Positions 61,405 to 64,000 of a DNA stretch of 64,000 bases are shown here, in pieces. The notes beneath the pieces were generated by a model. It was given only the letters and a program-made list of their open reading frames with translations. It had not been told where the DNA came from and made no database searches. Location of the stretch: positions 1-64,000 of the IMG/VR virus record IMGVR_UViG_3300017991_000010; one strand, given 5' to 3'. The stretch comes from a virus. Position numbers and translations under genes: made by a program. Position 1 is the first letter of the stretch; every line of letters starts with the position of its first letter.

Positions 61405-61417
61405 TAAGTACTTGAAA
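61405..61417 (-). promoter_or_regulatory. IHF-like binding site in a short non-coding gap
   Basis: Minus strand TTTCAAGTACTTA versus consensus WATCAANNNNTTR (one mismatch). Confidence 0.4.
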
Positions 61418-61690
61418 TCATTGAGGAATCCCACAATCCGCGTGTGAGATCCCCCTGCAACCTCCCGTAATCACTCAACCGCCGTTCTCGACGGCAGATC
61501 ACCCCCGATCCGCGTGCCGTATGCACACCGGAACGTACTCTCTCAGGCTCGCCAGCATCTGTCGGCGAGCCCGCTCGACAACGCCCTGCGTGGTCTCCGG
61601 ACGCTCCGACGGCCACCTCCCCCCAGGAAGAGGCGCCACAACAGGGCTCGGGCAGCTCGCCCCACATGCCTTCCACGCTACCCCAGCTGA

Positions 61691-62147
61691 TCATGCTTCG
61701 ATCCTCTCCCGCTCGAGGTCGACTCGGTACGTGTGGCGCTCTCCCGTCTCCGGGTCGACATACGCGACCTGGCGATCGATCAGCGGCGTGCGGGCCTCCC
61801 ACAGCTCGTTGTAGTCGCGGCACGCCCGGCCGTACATGTGGATCGCCTCGATGGTCATGGCGCGCCAGTGCACCCTCGCGTGGGCGTAGCCGTAGGCGAA
61901 GCCTATCAGGAGCGCCGCTACGACGAAGATGGCGCTGATCAGCAGTGTCATCTCACTCCTCCTCGCAGATCACGTGGTACTCGGCGCCGTCGGGCAGCAG
62001 GCACACGAGGTGCCCGTCGCACGTCTCGACGACCTCGCCGACGCAGTCCAGCTCGCAGGGCTCGCGGGTCTGCGCCACGCAGTAGCCGAAGCCGAACGCG
62101 GGCGCGAGCAGGACGAGCACGGACGCGATGGCCCTGGCCCAGGTCAT
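61691..62147 (-). CDS. Two small membrane-anchored proteins (61691-61951, 61953-62147)
   Basis: N-terminal hydrophobic helices ending GFAYGY / GFGYC. Confidence 0.55.
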
Positions 62148-63103
62148 GACACTCCCCCCACGATCTTGCGCAGCAGGCTCCTGTCCTGCATCTCCTGGGC
62201 GATGACCGCGTCGACCATCACCTGATCGATCAGGTCCCCCAGGCGAGCCTCGATGAGACGCTGGAGCACCTCAGGCCGCAGCGCGTCGACCTCCCAGGAG
62301 TGGTGCCCGTGCTCGGCGATGTACGCCGCCGCGCGCGAGTCCTTGAGCTTGGTCGGGTTGGGAGGCGGCCCATACTTCGCGACCTGCTCGGGCGTGATCG
62401 CGATCTTCTCCACGCGCACCTGGACCGGGAGTGCGTCGCTCACGTCGATGAACCATCCCGTAGGCGAGATGCGCTCGTCGCCGTCCTGGTAGCCCCACAG
62501 GAAGTCGTTCAGCCGGCTGCGCACGTCGCGCACCATGTCCTCGCCCGACGGGTCCAGGTCGCCCAGGTAGAGGATGATGGGCTCAGCCTGCGGCACGCCG
62601 TCTGCGTTGCGGCAGGCGTGGTCGATTCGGCACGCGGCCTCGTACATGGCCGACTGCGAGGAGTACCCCCGGTTGACCATGAGGGTGATGTGCCAGTGCT
62701 TCGCGATGGGGGCGAGCACGCCAGCCAGCGCGTCCTTCTCGACCCACAGCTCGACGTAGTTGGGCTGCCCCTCCATGCGTGGGCGCCGGTAGGAGTCCAG
62801 CGCCACCTTCACAAGCTCGTCGAGGTCGGCGAACTCGTTCGGGCGCTCTGGACGCCTGATGCGATCCTCGATCGCGTCCCAGTCGGTCAGCCCGGCCAGG
62901 CGCGCCTTCGACAAGAGTGACGAGAGCCGCTTGTACTCGCGCTCCTCGTTGGCGATGATGTTCTGTGTCACGAGCTGGTAGTAGAGCTGCCGGAGCGTGA
63001 GCCGCAGCCCCTGCTTCTGGTAGTGCTCCACGACCTCGTTGACCTGAGCCAAGCGCGCGAGCGTGTCCAGGCGCATCCTGGGCGGCTTGTAGCACTGCTT
63101 CAT
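62144..63103 (-). CDS. Topoisomerase VI-A/Spo11-like protein (winged helix plus TOPRIM)
   Basis: LTLRQLYYQLV (candidate catalytic Tyr), VELWVEKDAL, RGYSS, YLGDLDPSG (DxD), WEVDAL. Confidence 0.8.
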   Translation of the reverse strand: MKQCYKPPRMRLDTLARLAQVNEVVEHYQKQGLRLTLRQLYYQLVTQNIIANEEREYKRLSSLLSKARLAGLTDWDAIEDRIRRPERPNEFADLDELVKVALDSYRRPRMEGQPNYVELWVEKDALAGVLAPIAKHWHITLMVNRGYSSQSAMYEAACRIDHACRNADGVPQAEPIILYLGDLDPSGEDMVRDVRSRLNDFLWGYQDGDERISPTGWFIDVSDALPVQVRVEKIAITPEQVAKYGPPPNPTKLKDSRAAAYIAEHGHHSWEVDALRPEVLQRLIEARLGDLIDQVMVDAVIAQEMQDRSLLRKIVGGVS

Positions 63104-63703
63104 GACACGGCCTCCAACGTCTTCTTCTTGATCGACAGAGCCTTGCCCTCCCAGATCGCGCCCTTGGCCCACGCGGCGCAATCCTCGGTGCGTGCCCACG
63201 GCTTCAGAGGCATGTAGTCGGCGCGCCGCCTGCGCTCGCGCGTCACGCTCTTGTCCTTGTGCTCGGTCTCGACGATCTCCGTGAACCGCTCCCGGTGGGC
63301 ACGGCGCAGGACCTTCATGTTCACGATCAGCAGCATTGTCTCTCCTCCTTTGCTCGGCGCGAGCATGCGGGACAGTAGTCCGTGACCTTGCCGTCCACTT
63401 TGCTGCACGTCCACCCAAACCTTTTGAGTTCCTGTCTCACATCAGCTACGCGGCTTCCAGAACGCTGCTCCCACCGCCAGCATCCAGAGGCGTCGCACCA
63501 GATGGTTGTCTCTCTGGACCAGCTCATTCCGTGACCTTGTCCCGCAGCGCGTCACGCACCAGCGCGCCCATGATGTGGAGTGCATCCTCGGCGTCACACA
63601 GCTCTTCCTCCGTCATCTCCGCTAGGCCCTTGTTCTGGACCATGACCATGGCGGATAGCACGTCGTTGAGTGTGGCGACCTCTTTCGGGGTGCGGCTGTT
63701 CAT
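63100..63703 (-). CDS. Three small hypothetical genes (63100-63336, 63327-63527, 63524-63703)
   Basis: Coupled ORFs with RBS; 63327 has CD..C and CPAC. Confidence 0.5.
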
Positions 63704-64000
63704 GTCGTCCCTCCTACAGCAGCGTCCAGTCGCCCACGTACACCTCCTCAAGGATCTCGTGGACCATCTGTCGGGCGCGCCGGGCAAACGTGACTTCCGC
63801 CTCGGCCTCGGAGTACTTCGCTTGCATCCGCAACTCCTCGTCGAGGCTCTGCAGGGCACCGAGCAGGTGGCGTCCGCGCATCAGGAGCAGCATCAGGTCG
63901 TCGTTGCTCCCGTCCTGGGGCAGGTCGAGCGTGACGCGTTTGTCGATGCCCTCGAGACGCGCTAGGCGCTCTTCGAGGTCAGCCAGCTTGGCTGTGATCT

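Larger units (their letters stand above)
1..64000. mobile_element. Temperate dsDNA virus or provirus, probably tailless and membrane-containing
   Basis: Integrase, two Xis-like HTH genes, helicases, wall hydrolase, dense small ORFs, no host genes, no Caudoviricetes hallmark genes recognised. Confidence 0.75.

Noticed and set aside
1-64000. tRNA, rRNA, IS elements, DNA polymerase, primase
   Set aside because: None recognised by eye; tRNAscan and HMM searches would be needed to exclude them.

Overview
This GC-rich, gene-dense window looks like most of a bacterial dsDNA virus or provirus. No host housekeeping genes, rRNA, tRNA or CRISPR array were seen. It divides into five blocks. (i) A minus-strand arm at 1-5551 carries an SNF2-like helicase. 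(ii) An AAA_25/RepA-like helicase at 5675-6700 is followed by a palindrome-rich putative origin and a run of small early-type genes. (iii) A repeat-rich divergent control region lies at about 15650-16190. (iv) A long plus-strand block at 16190-54533 appears to encode virion morphogenesis and surface modification: a coiled-coil protein, a transglutaminase-like Cys-His-Asp enzyme, about 15 small membrane proteins with C-terminal anchors, an extremely Arg/Lys-rich membrane-linked protein, three adjacent ~200-aa beta-rich putative single jelly-roll capsid proteins, a J-domain protein, two paralogous beta-helix proteins, five glycosyltransferase genes, a methyltransferase, a sulfotransferase, a clear UDP-sulfoquinovose synthase (SqdB) and a SleB-like wall hydrolase. 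(v) A minus-strand arm at 54624-64000 carries a tyrosine recombinase, two lipoproteins and a TopoVI-A/TOPRIM-like gene. I recognised no terminase, portal, HK97 capsid, tail gene or A32/FtsK packaging ATPase. The leading hypothesis (inference) is a tailless, membrane-containing temperate virus with a basic core protein, proteolytic maturation at G-[LMF]-[GSA] and RRN motifs, and its own sulfoquinovose/sulfate glycosylation pathway. All assignments come from reading motifs by eye; no searches were run. Many starts were moved from the ORF track to the codon with an RBS or a start/stop overlap.
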